Of a stretch of 59,769 nucleotides of DNA, positions 28,021-37,874 are shown piece by piece. A program made the position numbers and the translations under genes. This DNA is from a bacterium (GTDB lineage: Bacteria; Actinomycetota; Acidimicrobiia; Spongiisociales; UBA5794): contig JAAELU010000187.1 in NCBI GenBank assembly GCA_024226255.1, positions 1-59,769 of the forward strand, written 5' to 3'. The notes under the pieces are model-generated. The model saw nothing but the letters and a program-made list of their open reading frames with translations, had not been told where the DNA came from and ran no database searches. The stretch's first letter is position 1. The number at the start of each line of letters is the position of its first letter.

Positions 28021-28094
28021 ACAGGCAGAAAGCCTCCCCGCATAACCTCCATTGGACTCTCGATGATGCGCCGCCCCCGGCCGATGATGGCTCT

Positions 28095-28658
28095 GTGCAC
28101 ATTCTCTTCAAGCCTCTGAACGCGTCCCGCCGCTCGTTGATGGCGGGCTCGATTCGCGAGCTCGTCTTCGGTGTCGAAGACGGCGTCACCCAGAACATGA
28201 TCCTGGTGGCCGGCATGGTCGGGGCCCAATTGTCGGTTCGGGTGATCGCCATCGTTGCCGGTATCAATGGAATCGCCGGAGTTCTTTCGATGTCCATGGG
28301 GACTTACCTATCGTCAAAGGCGGAGCAGGACGTAGGTCGAGTCAATGACAAGACGGTTGAATCCAGCGCCAGATCCCCACAACATGATGCGTTTGTCATG
28401 GCCGGCGCCTATGCCGCGGGGGCAATCATTCCGGTTCTGCCCTTCGCAATTGGTGTTGATTCGGCGGACGTCGCGTTGGGGGCTGCGGTAGTTCTGACGG
28501 CGTTGGCCCTGTTCGGCCTCGGGATGCTCAAGGCCTCATTGAGCAATGAGCCGCGACTGCGATCCGGACTGGAAATGATGCTCCTGGCATCGGGCGCCGG
28601 ACTTGCCGGCTATCTCATCGGAGTCGGTGCCCAGGCACTCTTTGATCTGAGTGTGTGA
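28095..28658 (+). CDS. VIT1/CCC1 family Fe/Mn transporter
   Basis: RELVFGVEDG, AGVLSMSMGTYLSSKAE, GAIIPVLPF, LFGLG; start uncertain (28095 or 28140). Confidence 0.85.
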   Translation: MHILFKPLNASRRSLMAGSIRELVFGVEDGVTQNMILVAGMVGAQLSVRVIAIVAGINGIAGVLSMSMGTYLSSKAEQDVGRVNDKTVESSARSPQHDAFVMAGAYAAGAIIPVLPFAIGVDSADVALGAAVVLTALALFGLGMLKASLSNEPRLRSGLEMMLLASGAGLAGYLIGVGAQALFDLSV

Positions 28659-28742
28659 ATCTAGGGCAATTCCAACGGAGCCGTCTGGCCCCGCACAAGC
28701 CTGCCCCGTAGTCTGACGTGACCGCGTCACAAGGAGACCCCA

Positions 28743-29960
28743 TTGAGCTTTGTCACCCACCTCGAGGCCGCCATCGACGGTACTCGACTCGATCACAATC
28801 AGCTACAGACGCTGCACGATGGCCGGCCGCTATGGGTGCGATATGACCTAGAGGCGGTCGGCTCGGCAATGTCCAAGGAGGCAGTAGCCGGCCGCGAACC
28901 AACCATGTGGCGCTACAAGGAGCTACTGCCGGTCGCGGACGAGTCGAAGGTCGCTTCCCTGGGTGAGGGTATGTCTCCGCTTCTCAAGTGCGACCGCCTC
29001 GGAGCGGCTTTGGGACTCAACGATCTGTGGGTCAAGGACGAGTCCCAATTGCCGACTGGTTCCTTCAAGAGTCGGGGCCTCGCGATGGCCGTCAGCCGTG
29101 CCAACGAACTCGGCGTCTCCCGCGTGGCGATTCCAACGGCGGGCAACGCCGGGGGTGCAATGGCCGCCTATGCGGCCCGCGTCGGCATGGAGGCGTTCGT
29201 CTTCATGCCCGCAGACACGCCCATAGTCAACCAATATGAGGCCTCCTACTACGGTGCCAACGCGTTTCTTGTCGATGGTCTGATAACCGATTGCGGAGCA
29301 GTTGTACGCGACGGAACCCCCCATATGGGCTGGTTCGACGTCTCGACGCTCAAAGAGCCCTATCGCATCGAAGGCAAGAAGACCATGGGCCTGGAACTGG
29401 CGGAGCAACTCGGCTGGGCCCTCCCCGACGTGGTTATGTACCCGACGGGAGGAGGGACCGGCCTCATCGGCATGTGGAAGGCCTTCGCCGAACTCGGCGA
29501 GCTCGGCTGGCTCGAGGATTCGCGGCGCCCTCGTATGGTCTCCTGCCAGGCGGATGGCTGCGCCCCCATCAGCAATGCTTGGGAAAAGGGCGAACGCTTC
29601 GCGGAACCGTTCCCGAACCCGACGACGGCCGCCAGTGGCCTGCGAGTGCCTGCCGCCGTCGGGGACTTCATGATTCTCGATGCCGTCAACGAGTCCGGGG
29701 GCCAAGCAAGAGCCTGTCCCGAGAACTCACTTCTCGAATGGGCCCGCCGCGGAGCGGCACTCGAGGGAATCGCGTTCGCACCCGAGGCCGGCGCGTGCCT
29801 CGGCGTCCTCGAAATGCTCGTCGCCGAGAAGGCAATAGATCCGAATGAGCGGGTCGTTGTCTTCAACACCGGAGCGGCCCAGAAGTACGTCGAGGTAATG
29901 GGAACCTCGCCCCTGTCTCAATTGCCCGATCCCGTTGACTGGAGAGCACTGGCGACATAG
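28743..29960 (+). CDS. thrC: Threonine synthase
   Basis: MWRYKELLP, SLGEG, KDES.LPTGSFKSRG, PTAGNAG, EGKKTMG, YPTGGGTG, FNTG; AAGGAG RBS. Confidence 0.88.
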   Translation: MSFVTHLEAAIDGTRLDHNQLQTLHDGRPLWVRYDLEAVGSAMSKEAVAGREPTMWRYKELLPVADESKVASLGEGMSPLLKCDRLGAALGLNDLWVKDESQLPTGSFKSRGLAMAVSRANELGVSRVAIPTAGNAGGAMAAYAARVGMEAFVFMPADTPIVNQYEASYYGANAFLVDGLITDCGAVVRDGTPHMGWFDVSTLKEPYRIEGKKTMGLELAEQLGWALPDVVMYPTGGGTGLIGMWKAFAELGELGWLEDSRRPRMVSCQADGCAPISNAWEKGERFAEPFPNPTTAASGLRVPAAVGDFMILDAVNESGGQARACPENSLLEWARRGAALEGIAFAPEAGACLGVLEMLVAEKAIDPNERVVVFNTGAAQKYVEVMGTSPLSQLPDPVDWRALAT

Positions 29961-29988
29961 GACCCGAATCGGGCCGACTCGGCTGCGA

Positions 29989-32421
29989 TCAGCTCTCGCA
30001 GCTGCTGGCCGTACCCGACCTGCAGAGGTCGAAGCCGGCGCCGCCCTCGAGCGTATCCGGGTCAGAACCGCCATAGAGTTTGTCGCGACCGGCCTGTCCG
30101 TGCAGGATGTCCTTGCCCGACTTGCCTCTGATGACGTCGTCATCCGGTCCGCCTCGAAGGAAGTCATTGCCACTGCCGCCTTCGATTGTGTCGAGGCCAC
30201 CATCGCCCCGTATCGTGTCAGCGCCTCCCCCACCATTGATGGTGTCGTCGCCGCTTTGGCCCCAGATCTTGTCGGCGCCACTTCCGCCTCTGATGGTGTC
30301 GTTGCCACCTTGGCCCTCGAGCGTGTCCTTGCCGCCGCGCCCCTCAATGACGTCCGCGCCGGCGCCCGCCTTGATTTCATTGCTGTTGCCATCGCCCCGC
30401 AGAACATCGGCATAGTCAGAGCCGACGAGGTGCTCGATGCTGGTGAGGACATCGCTGCCCTGTCCCGTGGCGGTGCCGCTTACGAGATCGACTGTGACAC
30501 CTGCATCGGATGTGTCGAAGCGAGCACGGTCCTCGCCGCCGTCGCCCCGCAACGTGTCGTTGCCTGCATTCCCGGCAATGGTGTCATCGCCGCCACCGCC
30601 CAACAGAGTGTCGTGACCACCTCCGCCGTGGATTGTGTCGGCGCCATCATTGCCGCAGATGGTGTCATTACCGCCGTTTCCATAGATGGTGTCGTTCCCC
30701 CCGGCGCCGACAATGACGTCGTTTCCGCTCGTGCCATGGATGACCTCGTTCGACTCAGATCCGACGATTGTCGCATTGAGGCCGTTGCAGGAAGTTGGCG
30801 CCGTCGTTGTCCCACAGCTTCTGTTTCCCCATGCCGTGCAGTCAACGAGGTCACGATGCGGGCTGAAGACCTGGATCTTGTCGTTGGAGAAGAGGATTTC
30901 CTGGGGTTGATTCCAATAGAGAGTGTTTCCCGAGTCGGAACCGCTGCCCACGTATATCCGGATCTTGGCACCGGCCGCGAGAACATGAGAGCTATCGAAG
31001 TTGTATCGATTCGCATTGTCCATGACCAGCCAATCGCGGAGGTCGACGGCCGTGCTGCCCTCGTTCTTGATCTCGAGCCACTCGTCGCGTGGATCATCCG
31101 GGCCGGGGCCGGCGTCCCATTTGTAGTCGTGGATCGTGATATCTGGGACCGGCCCGCACGGGTCGCAGGGCCAGGAGAAATCGCTGAGGATGATGCTGTT
31201 GTACGTAAGGATCGCGATGGACTCCGGCCCGTCGTTGGACAGGATCCCGCCCGATCGGCCCCAATGTTTCTTGAGTCGAGTGTCACTACCGCTGCCGATG
31301 TGGAGGCGCAGCCGCTCACCAGGATGAATGGTTGAGTTCGACGGAAAGGTGTACTGCTTGGCGCCCGAGCGCAGCAAATACCCGTAGAGGTTGAACGAAT
31401 TGTCTGAGATGTTGGTGATGTTGATCCACTCACCGTTGGGGTTGTCATTGTCGATGCCTTCGGCGTCGGCGTTGGCAGAGATGTCCATCGCGCCCTGCAG
31501 CTCATCTGAACACTCAGCGACGCAGGGATACGAGAAATGCACCCGGATGTCGCCGTCTGGATCAACCAGAAAGCCTGCATCGCCTATCTCGTTGTTGAAC
31601 AACGCGCGGTCGAGGCCGAGATAGACCTTGCTCGCCGAGTTGGTACCGCTTCCGACGTACACGGTCAGATATCCCTCGGCAGGAATCTGTGTTCCGGCCG
31701 GCAATTCGAATCTGCCGCGAGTGGCAGCTTCGCGGATGGTCCAACCGCCAACGTTCAGCTTCCTGGAATCGTCGTTGAAGACCCGGAACCATTCGCCATT
31801 CAGCGTTTCGGGTCCACCATCCACACCATCGGCATCCCAATTGATGATCATCCGCAGCGGTACGTTCTGGCGTGGTCCGTTGCCACAGAAATCGGTATCC
31901 CAGATTCGCTGCCCGGCTACCGAAGCCCAGTACGACGCAAGAGCATATTGCTCATCTCGCGACGTTTCCTGTGGGATACGGAAATGGAATCCGTGGCTTT
32001 CCTCGATCATGAGCAAGGACATGTCAACGCCGTTGCGCTCAACAAAACGGAGGTAGCGCCCGTCGAGGGCTCTCGAGTTCTCATCTTCGGCCTTGAGAGT
32101 GACCCACTTGCCTTCGACAAGATTCTGCAGGCGGTCGGTCGCCGTCTCGGCGTGGCATGTACCGGTCTCATTCGTGTTGACGCCAATGAGACGGACGGTC
32201 TGTTTGGTGCCCGAGGTCTGACCGGGTCCATACACCTCGACGGTGTCACCATCGAGCACGCGGGCCACCAGATGCTGCTCTTCGTAGCCAGCGGATGCAG
32301 ATGCCGAACCGGTGGCGGCCAGGTTCACTATGACGGTCGCCAACAAGGCCAGAGTTGTCAGAAAGACGAGGCGGCGATGAACGCGCAGCGTCGCCGCTGC
32401 CGAGATGTCGTGGCTCCGCAT
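29989..32421 (-). CDS. Secreted thermonuclease (SNase) with three lamin-tail domains and RTX Ca-binding repeats
   Basis: Signal peptide; VLDGDT..VRLIGVNTNE..GRYL; three EW..I.N...L.GW/GY/DW LTD-like units; many GG.G.D.L nonapeptides; start uncertain. Confidence 0.85.
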   Translation of the reverse strand: MRSHDISAAATLRVHRRLVFLTTLALLATVIVNLAATGSASASAGYEEQHLVARVLDGDTVEVYGPGQTSGTKQTVRLIGVNTNETGTCHAETATDRLQNLVEGKWVTLKAEDENSRALDGRYLRFVERNGVDMSLLMIEESHGFHFRIPQETSRDEQYALASYWASVAGQRIWDTDFCGNGPRQNVPLRMIINWDADGVDGGPETLNGEWFRVFNDDSRKLNVGGWTIREAATRGRFELPAGTQIPAEGYLTVYVGSGTNSASKVYLGLDRALFNNEIGDAGFLVDPDGDIRVHFSYPCVAECSDELQGAMDISANADAEGIDNDNPNGEWINITNISDNSFNLYGYLLRSGAKQYTFPSNSTIHPGERLRLHIGSGSDTRLKKHWGRSGGILSNDGPESIAILTYNSIILSDFSWPCDPCGPVPDITIHDYKWDAGPGPDDPRDEWLEIKNEGSTAVDLRDWLVMDNANRYNFDSSHVLAAGAKIRIYVGSGSDSGNTLYWNQPQEILFSNDKIQVFSPHRDLVDCTAWGNRSCGTTTAPTSCNGLNATIVGSESNEVIHGTSGNDVIVGAGGNDTIYGNGGNDTICGNDGADTIHGGGGHDTLLGGGGDDTIAGNAGNDTLRGDGGEDRARFDTSDAGVTVDLVSGTATGQGSDVLTSIEHLVGSDYADVLRGDGNSNEIKAGAGADVIEGRGGKDTLEGQGGNDTIRGGSGADKIWGQSGDDTINGGGGADTIRGDGGLDTIEGGSGNDFLRGGPDDDVIRGKSGKDILHGQAGRDKLYGGSDPDTLEGGAGFDLCRSGTASSCES
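30000..30760 (-). repeat. RTX nonapeptide repeat region (two blocks separated by a spacer)
   Basis: GTSGNDVIV/GAGGNDTIY/GNGGNDTIC... and GGSGADKIW/GQSGDDTIN/GGGGADTIR... Confidence 0.85.
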
Positions 32422-32762
32422 ATCTGTGCTATCGGCAGGCGTAGGCATAATCCTGAAGGTGCAATTGCTACTCTGGGTGGTCGTATTGTGGCACACTCGG
32501 CTTGCCCAAGGTGAGGACCCAACCGCCGCGACAGCGTATGTCGCAAGGCTGGCGAGAACGGACCATGTCTATCAGTGGTGTCCCGGAGGGAAGTGAAGAC
32601 ATGGAGATGCCGGCGGGCCTTGATCAAATCCGCACTACTGCCGTGTTCGACGCCGCCGGTGTTTCCCGCCGGATTGCTCCGAGCCCAGCGGTTGTCACAA
32701 CTAGGCGTCGCCATCACACCTTCAGAGGCGTGCCGATGCGCCCAGTCAGTGTGGGCAGTCCC

Positions 32763-32966
32763 TCACGTCCAGCTCTTCTTCTCCCATCGATACCCAGCCA
32801 ACGCACCAACGACCGCACCCACAACGGTCAGCCAAATACTCGAGAAGCTCAATAGCGAGGTCGCAACGATTCCAAGAATGCCTCCGGTGAGCGCACCAAT
32901 CCTGAGTCCATTGAATCCGTCGTACGGTTGCCGGCCGGCCGGGAGTCGGTCTGGTGATTTGCTCAT
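32763..32966 (-). CDS. Small two-TM glycine-zipper membrane protein
   Basis: GLRIGALTGGILGIVA..WLTVVGAVVGALAGY. Confidence 0.7.
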   Translation of the reverse strand: MSKSPDRLPAGRQPYDGFNGLRIGALTGGILGIVATSLLSFSSIWLTVVGAVVGALAGYRWEKKSWT

Positions 32967-33049
32967 AGACCCATGATGGCTCAGATTCGGGAACTTGCCA
33001 GGGCTGAACGTCCCATCGGGCTCGGGTCCCAACACCAACGCGGAACTGC

Positions 33050-34240
33050 TCAGGCCTTCAACCGATCCATGACGAAACCCGAGTAGAGAGCAACACCTGA
33101 TGCCATTGCGGCCTCGTCGAGGAGGACCAGGTTGGAGTGGTTCACCGGGGCGGTGGCGGGGTCAAGGTCCGGTGGGCACGCTCCGAGAAACGCCATAGCC
33201 GCGGGGATCTGCTGCATAACGTAGGACCAATCCTCAGCGCCCATGATGGGCGCGGGCATCTCGTGGATCATCTCCGACCCGAGCACCCGACCGGCCATAT
33301 CTCGAATGCTGGCGACAGTATCGGCGTGGTTCACACTCACCGGATAACCAGGATCGATCCGCACCTCAGCGCGCGCACCATGTGCGGCCGCGATGTTCGT
33401 TGCCACGCGGCGAGCAATCTCCTCTGCCAGGGACCGGGACTCTTCGGACACGGCCCTGATCGTCCCGCTCAACTCGGCCACCGGCGGGATGATGTTATGA
33501 GCAGTTCCGGCGGCGAATCGGCCAAAGGTGATCACTGCCGGCTCAAAAACGTTGATCCGTCGAGTCACGGCAACCTGGATAGCCAAGACGATCTCGGATG
33601 CGACCGCTATCGGATCAACCGCCTTGTAGGGCGACGACGCGTGGCCGCCGCTGCCATGGACCGTAACGTAGAGCTCGTCGGCTGAAGCCATCTGCGCGCC
33701 CGGACGGATGTGTACCTCGCCCGAGGTGTACGCCGGGGACACATGAATCGCGAATCCGGCTGATGCGGGAGTGCCCGCAGTGTCGAGCAGGCCTTCCTCC
33801 AGCATGAACTTGGCTCCGGCGTAGCCTTCTTCTCCGGGTTGGAACATGAAGATGACACTGCCCGCCAGATGATCACGTTTCGAGCTCAACAGCTTCGCGG
33901 CGCCGAACAGCATGGCGGTGTGAAGATCGTGACCACAGGCATGCATGGTGTCGCCAGTTTCGCTGGCAAAGTCGAGCCCAGTGTCTTCAGTCAAGGGCAG
34001 ACCGTCCATGTCGCCACGCAGAAGAACGGTGGGCCCTTCGGAGGCACCACTGAGCACAGCGGCAATACCGGACGTCGACTCGTGCAAAGTGAGTGTCAGG
34101 GGTAAGTCGTTGAGTGCCTCGAGCACCATCTCCCGAGTGCGCGGAAGGTGGTTGCCCACTTCCGGGAATCTGTGCAGGCGACGTCGCAAGCCGACCACGT
34201 CGTCCATCTGGTCTTGGGCTTCGGTGAGTAGTTCAGTCAT
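33050..34240 (-). CDS. M20 family amidohydrolase (hippurate hydrolase-like)
   Basis: RRRLHRFPE, LRGDMDGLP, MHACGHD, FQPGEEG, GGHAS, MGAEDW, NHS. Confidence 0.92.
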   Translation of the reverse strand: MTELLTEAQDQMDDVVGLRRRLHRFPEVGNHLPRTREMVLEALNDLPLTLTLHESTSGIAAVLSGASEGPTVLLRGDMDGLPLTEDTGLDFASETGDTMHACGHDLHTAMLFGAAKLLSSKRDHLAGSVIFMFQPGEEGYAGAKFMLEEGLLDTAGTPASAGFAIHVSPAYTSGEVHIRPGAQMASADELYVTVHGSGGHASSPYKAVDPIAVASEIVLAIQVAVTRRINVFEPAVITFGRFAAGTAHNIIPPVAELSGTIRAVSEESRSLAEEIARRVATNIAAAHGARAEVRIDPGYPVSVNHADTVASIRDMAGRVLGSEMIHEMPAPIMGAEDWSYVMQQIPAAMAFLGACPPDLDPATAPVNHSNLVLLDEAAMASGVALYSGFVMDRLKA

Positions 34241-34316
34241 GGCCACGAGACTAGGCGGCTGCCTAGACAGCTCTCTCCGGGGCGGACCCGTCACCTGTTC
34301 GGCGGGGCAAAACAAG

Positions 34317-34345
34317 AGGGGTCCTGGAGCAGCTCCAGGACCCCT
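34317..34345 (-). terminator. Intrinsic terminator of the BON-LysM gene
   Basis: 13-bp stem AGGGGTCCTGGAG/CTCCAGGACCCCT followed on minus strand by CTTGTTTT. Confidence 0.8.
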
Positions 34346-34366
34346 ACGAGTTTGCTTGGCTCGAAA

Positions 34367-35008
34367 CTAGAGAGCCGGAATCCGCAGTACCTGGCCTGGG
34401 TAAATCAGGTCGGCGCTCTTGAGCATGGGCTTGTTAGCCTCGAAGATCTCGGGGTACTTCATTGCGTCCCCATAGAACTCCTTGGCGATCTTGGACAAGG
34501 TGTCACCCTTGACCACGGTGTACATCTGAGCCTCAGGCTCCGGCTCGACGACATCGAGTTCCTCGTCAACCTTCTCAACCCCGGCCACGTTGCCGACGGC
34601 GAGAATGATCTTCTCACGGTCTTCCTGGCTGGCGACAGTTCCCTCGACGTAGGCAACCCCGTCGTCGAATCGGATATCGAGGCCATCAGCGTGCAGGCCG
34701 AGGCCTTTCACAAACTTCTCGAGCTCGCGCGACTTGGCAGCCTCGGAGCGGCGTTCGGCGATCCTGGCGGCGCGCTCCCCGCGTGCTTCTTCCGCTTTGG
34801 CCGCAGCAGCGGCGTCGGCTTGCGATTCGCGGCGTTGGCGGGCGGCTTCGAGGCGCGCCTTACCGGCAGCCTCGAGCTTGGCGGTCTCAGCTGCTTCGGC
34901 AGCCTTCTCAGCGGCTTCCTTGGCTGCCTCGGCGGCGGCCTTCTCGGCCGTGCTGTCACCGATCCCGACTTTGGCGCCGGCATCGCGAATAAAATCAAAT
35001 ACGCCCAT
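34367..35008 (-). CDS. BON-LysM protein (Kbp/YgaU-like) with Ala/Glu-rich insertion
   Basis: MGVFDFIRDAGAK, EKIILAVGNVAGV, YTVVKGDTLSKIAKEFYGDAMKYPEIFEANKPML..IYPGQVLRIP. Confidence 0.92.
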   Translation of the reverse strand: MGVFDFIRDAGAKVGIGDSTAEKAAAEAAKEAAEKAAEAAETAKLEAAGKARLEAARQRRESQADAAAAAKAEEARGERAARIAERRSEAAKSRELEKFVKGLGLHADGLDIRFDDGVAYVEGTVASQEDREKIILAVGNVAGVEKVDEELDVVEPEPEAQMYTVVKGDTLSKIAKEFYGDAMKYPEIFEANKPMLKSADLIYPGQVLRIPAL

Positions 35009-35146
35009 GTGAACAGTATCCCTTCGTGGTCAAACATTGGTTCGACCCGGCTCAACGGCGAAAGTTCTGGGAATCTCCGCTGGATCTCAACGGCCGCCGG
35101 CTGATCCGTCGCCGCCGAGCCGACACGACAGCCGGACCGCTAGTTC

Positions 35147-35355
35147 TAGAGGGTGCGACTGGACGGCCTCCCCATCGACCTCGAAGGTGACGATCCCGGC
35201 GCGGTGATAGCTTCGCGCCTGGCCGTCCGATGTCTGCACTGCAATTCGGCGTCATCACCCGGTGCAACCGGGAGTCGGCCAATAGGTCGTCATCGAGCGG
35301 AGAACTAGGCGTTGCGAGGAATTCGTCTTTGGCGCGCCGCTGCTCGAGAAGGTTG
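35147..35355 (-). pseudogene. Degraded DUF1684-like gene remnant
   Basis: LLEQRRAKDEFLATPSSPL in one frame, VQTSDGQARSYHRAGIVTFEVDG..TL* in another; no intact start or C-terminus. Confidence 0.55.
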
Positions 35356-35457
35356 TGATGTCCAGGGCAACTGCAACCACTGCATGCCCTTCGTCCAAGG
35401 CAGACGTGAGTGGTCACCGAACGCCGACCAACGCGACATGTCGTCGGTTCGTCCCCC

Positions 35458-36018
35458 CTACTCGGGACAGTTGAAGCTCACCCGCACGACTTCCTGCAAC
35501 TGCGACGGAATCCACGGCACATGCCGGAAACCCTCACGGTCCTCGGTCGCATCAATCTGGCCCTGAGCTGCGTAGCACAACTCTATCGCCTGCAGCTCGG
35601 CCGCCCGTACGGCCTGCGCCTCCGGACCCTCCCACACTTGGTCGAGTTCCTCTACCGACGACACTGTTTTTGCGAACGCGGCGCGAGCCTCCTCGGCAGT
35701 CAGCAAAGAGGCCAGAATCTCCTGCAGCGCAGCGTGCAACTCGACGACCTCGTCAGGGGGCTCCAGAGCGTCGATACCGTCTACAAGTTCGTGGTACCCA
35801 ATCACCCTGTCATCAAAGAACGCCTGGGTTTCCTCCACGTTTGGTGCGGCCGCCGCCAACCGCTCGGCGTGTGCATCAAGCCGGGTGTCGACGCTGATAA
35901 TGACCGTGGCCACACTGTCGGAGTATTCGGAGAGTGACAGGGTGTCACCGCCACACGCCGAGAGAAGAAGAGCGCCGAGCGCTAAGACCGCAAACATCCG
36001 TTTCACCCGCAAGAGCAT
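35458..36018 (-). CDS. Hypothetical helical lipoprotein
   Basis: KR + hydrophobic stretch + lipobox LSAC; helical body; start uncertain. Confidence 0.75.
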   Translation of the reverse strand: MLLRVKRMFAVLALGALLLSACGGDTLSLSEYSDSVATVIISVDTRLDAHAERLAAAAPNVEETQAFFDDRVIGYHELVDGIDALEPPDEVVELHAALQEILASLLTAEEARAAFAKTVSSVEELDQVWEGPEAQAVRAAELQAIELCYAAQGQIDATEDREGFRHVPWIPSQLQEVVRVSFNCPE

Positions 36019-36141
36019 AGGGAACACCACAACCTCACCCAAGAGCACCCCCAGTCCCCTGCTACGTGGATCGTGCGAATTGTCTTCCCGATTGACCACT
36101 GGTGGCGCGTAGCCTCATCCGATGCGCGCCTGCTGGACGTT

Positions 36142-36486
36142 CTACGGTCGCGCTCGCAGTGCTCTACTGAGGATATCCAGCCGCTCGGGGATCGGCACGT
36201 AGTAGATCCACCGGCCTCGTTTTTCGCTTTCGACGAGACCAGCTTCGCGGAGCACCTTCAGGTGATGGCTCACCGTAGGCTGCGATACGCCGAGCGGTTC
36301 GACGAGATCACATGCTGCACATGCCTCACCGGTTGCGGCGATGAGGCTGAGTAGCCTCAACCGCGTCGGGTCGGCGAGCACGCTATACCACTCGGCCAGC
36401 ATCCGGGCTTCCCCTTCGGAGAGGGCCTCTTCGAGGAGCGGCGCACAACAATCAACCACGGTTTGCATGCCTTGATCCTGCCACAT
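36142..36486 (-). CDS. ArsR/SmtB family metalloregulator
   Basis: N-terminal CC, LADPTRLRLL, EACAACDL, SQPTVSHHLKVL, EKRGRWIYY. Confidence 0.92.
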   Translation of the reverse strand: MWQDQGMQTVVDCCAPLLEEALSEGEARMLAEWYSVLADPTRLRLLSLIAATGEACAACDLVEPLGVSQPTVSHHLKVLREAGLVESEKRGRWIYYVPIPERLDILSRALRARP

Positions 36487-36495
36487 AGCGACGCC

Positions 36496-37470
36496 TCAGA
36501 GTACGAACTGGCTGAACCATCCCATGGCCAGCGCTCCAGCGAACAGAAGGGCGACCACGAGACCAACGACCCGCTTGCGCGCGATCACGAAGAGTCCGCT
36601 GATCGCTCCAATGCTGGTACCGGCCCCGGTCACTAGGAAGGCCATCGCTGGACCAGGGCCCATACCCCCGTCCATCAGCGCAGAGATGAGGGGAAGCGAG
36701 GCCTCGGTGTTGATGTACGCGGGGACCCCAAGGATCGCGGCGAGCGGGACGGCGAGCAGTGAGCCCTCCCCGAGGTAGTCCACCAGCCACGCGGTGGGAA
36801 TCGCTTCGATCGCTAGATATCCGACCGATGTGAAGGCAAAAAAGAAGAGGAGCAGCTTGCGTCCGACCGTCCATATCTCGTTCGTCAGCTCGTCGAGCTT
36901 CAAACGCTGTCGCCGCGTCGGGAACTCGGCGATGGAAGCAGTGCCGGGCCCGATGCTGACAGCCACTGGCTGCGCAACTTGGCAGCCACTAGCCGAGCAG
37001 CCTTCCTCATCGGGCTGGATACGGGCCTGGCCTTTGAGCCATCCGGCCTTGTCGAGGGCGCCCGCTACGGCGCCCGCGGTCAGTCCGAGGATGATGGTGC
37101 CGGAAAAGAAGATGGTGGCGAAGGGCCAGCCAAACAGACCGGCCGAAAACACCAGCTCCGAAGGGCTTGTCAACGGCGAGGCCACCATGAACGCCACGAG
37201 CGGTGCCCAAGGAGCAGAGGTTGCCAGCATCCCCAGCAGGACAGCCATGGTCCCGCAGGAACAGAAGGGCGTAAGAGCAGCTAACAAGACCACCGCAGTC
37301 ACCGCCACGGCACTACGCCGAGAAAGCATCTTGGAGACGCGCTCAGTTCCTAGGTACACCGAGACTGCCGCCGCGGCGATCACCGAGATCGCCAAGAAGG
37401 GCCACACTCGGGTGAACGTGGCTGCAACATCCGCATACACCCGCCCGAGAAGATCGAATAGCTGTTCCAT
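36496..37470 (-). CDS. ArsP/DUF318 family permease
   Basis: LTPFCSCG, FMVASPL, GVPAY, GPAMAFLVTGAGTS; about 8 TM; GAGGA RBS. Confidence 0.88.
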   Translation of the reverse strand: MEQLFDLLGRVYADVAATFTRVWPFLAISVIAAAAVSVYLGTERVSKMLSRRSAVAVTAVVLLAALTPFCSCGTMAVLLGMLATSAPWAPLVAFMVASPLTSPSELVFSAGLFGWPFATIFFSGTIILGLTAGAVAGALDKAGWLKGQARIQPDEEGCSASGCQVAQPVAVSIGPGTASIAEFPTRRQRLKLDELTNEIWTVGRKLLLFFFAFTSVGYLAIEAIPTAWLVDYLGEGSLLAVPLAAILGVPAYINTEASLPLISALMDGGMGPGPAMAFLVTGAGTSIGAISGLFVIARKRVVGLVVALLFAGALAMGWFSQFVL

Positions 37471-37483
37471 GGGCAGTCCTCTA

Positions 37484-37536
37484 CATATCGACGGTGGTCT
37501 ATATATAGAGTACACATATATAGACCACTGTCAATA
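37484..37536 (-). promoter_or_regulatory. Promoter (TTGACA-N16-TACTCT) overlapped by paired ArsR-type operator boxes
   Basis: -35 at 37529-37534, -10 at 37507-37512; 17-bp inverted repeat 37490-37506/37516-37532 with one mismatch; AT-rich island. Confidence 0.75.
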
Positions 37537-37768
37537 CCTAACGGAACGTGGACGTTTCTGAAGGGTCCGCAACCGTTGCCGGATTCGGCTCGCTGTCACG
37601 ATGGCCTGGGCACTGCGCGACCCTGCCCAGTCCGGCCTGAGAGTCGGGCCGATTCACCGGCGCTACCTCGCTTCGTCGTTGCTAACGTCATGCGAAGAGG
37701 GAAGGCTGACACGAAGCCGGTCGCGTGGCGCGTTGTCCGATTTCGGGCATCCTGTCCGTTTCCGAGTT

Positions 37769-37787
37769 CCCCACGATCATCGTGGGG
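37769..37787. promoter_or_regulatory. 9-1-9 perfect palindrome, candidate operator for the MMPL gene
   Basis: CCCCACGAT-C-ATCGTGGGG, 87 nt upstream of ATG 37875. Confidence 0.4.
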
Positions 37788-37874
37788 CAAGTGTCACCAA
37801 TCTCTGGAGCGTGTGGCGAGGATGTGCCACCAGTAGTGGAGAGCGGCTCCGTTGCGGGTTGGGAAAGTGAGAGC

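Noticed and set aside
29935-31335. 466-aa plus-strand ORF (and similar long overlapping ORFs such as 541-1623, 22403-23350, 31537-32514)
   Set aside because: Antisense shadows of well-supported genes; high GC and repeat codons suppress stops; no motifs
32422-32762. Possible small ORF or RNA upstream of the nuclease gene
   Set aside because: No recognisable motif, convincing RBS or stable structure
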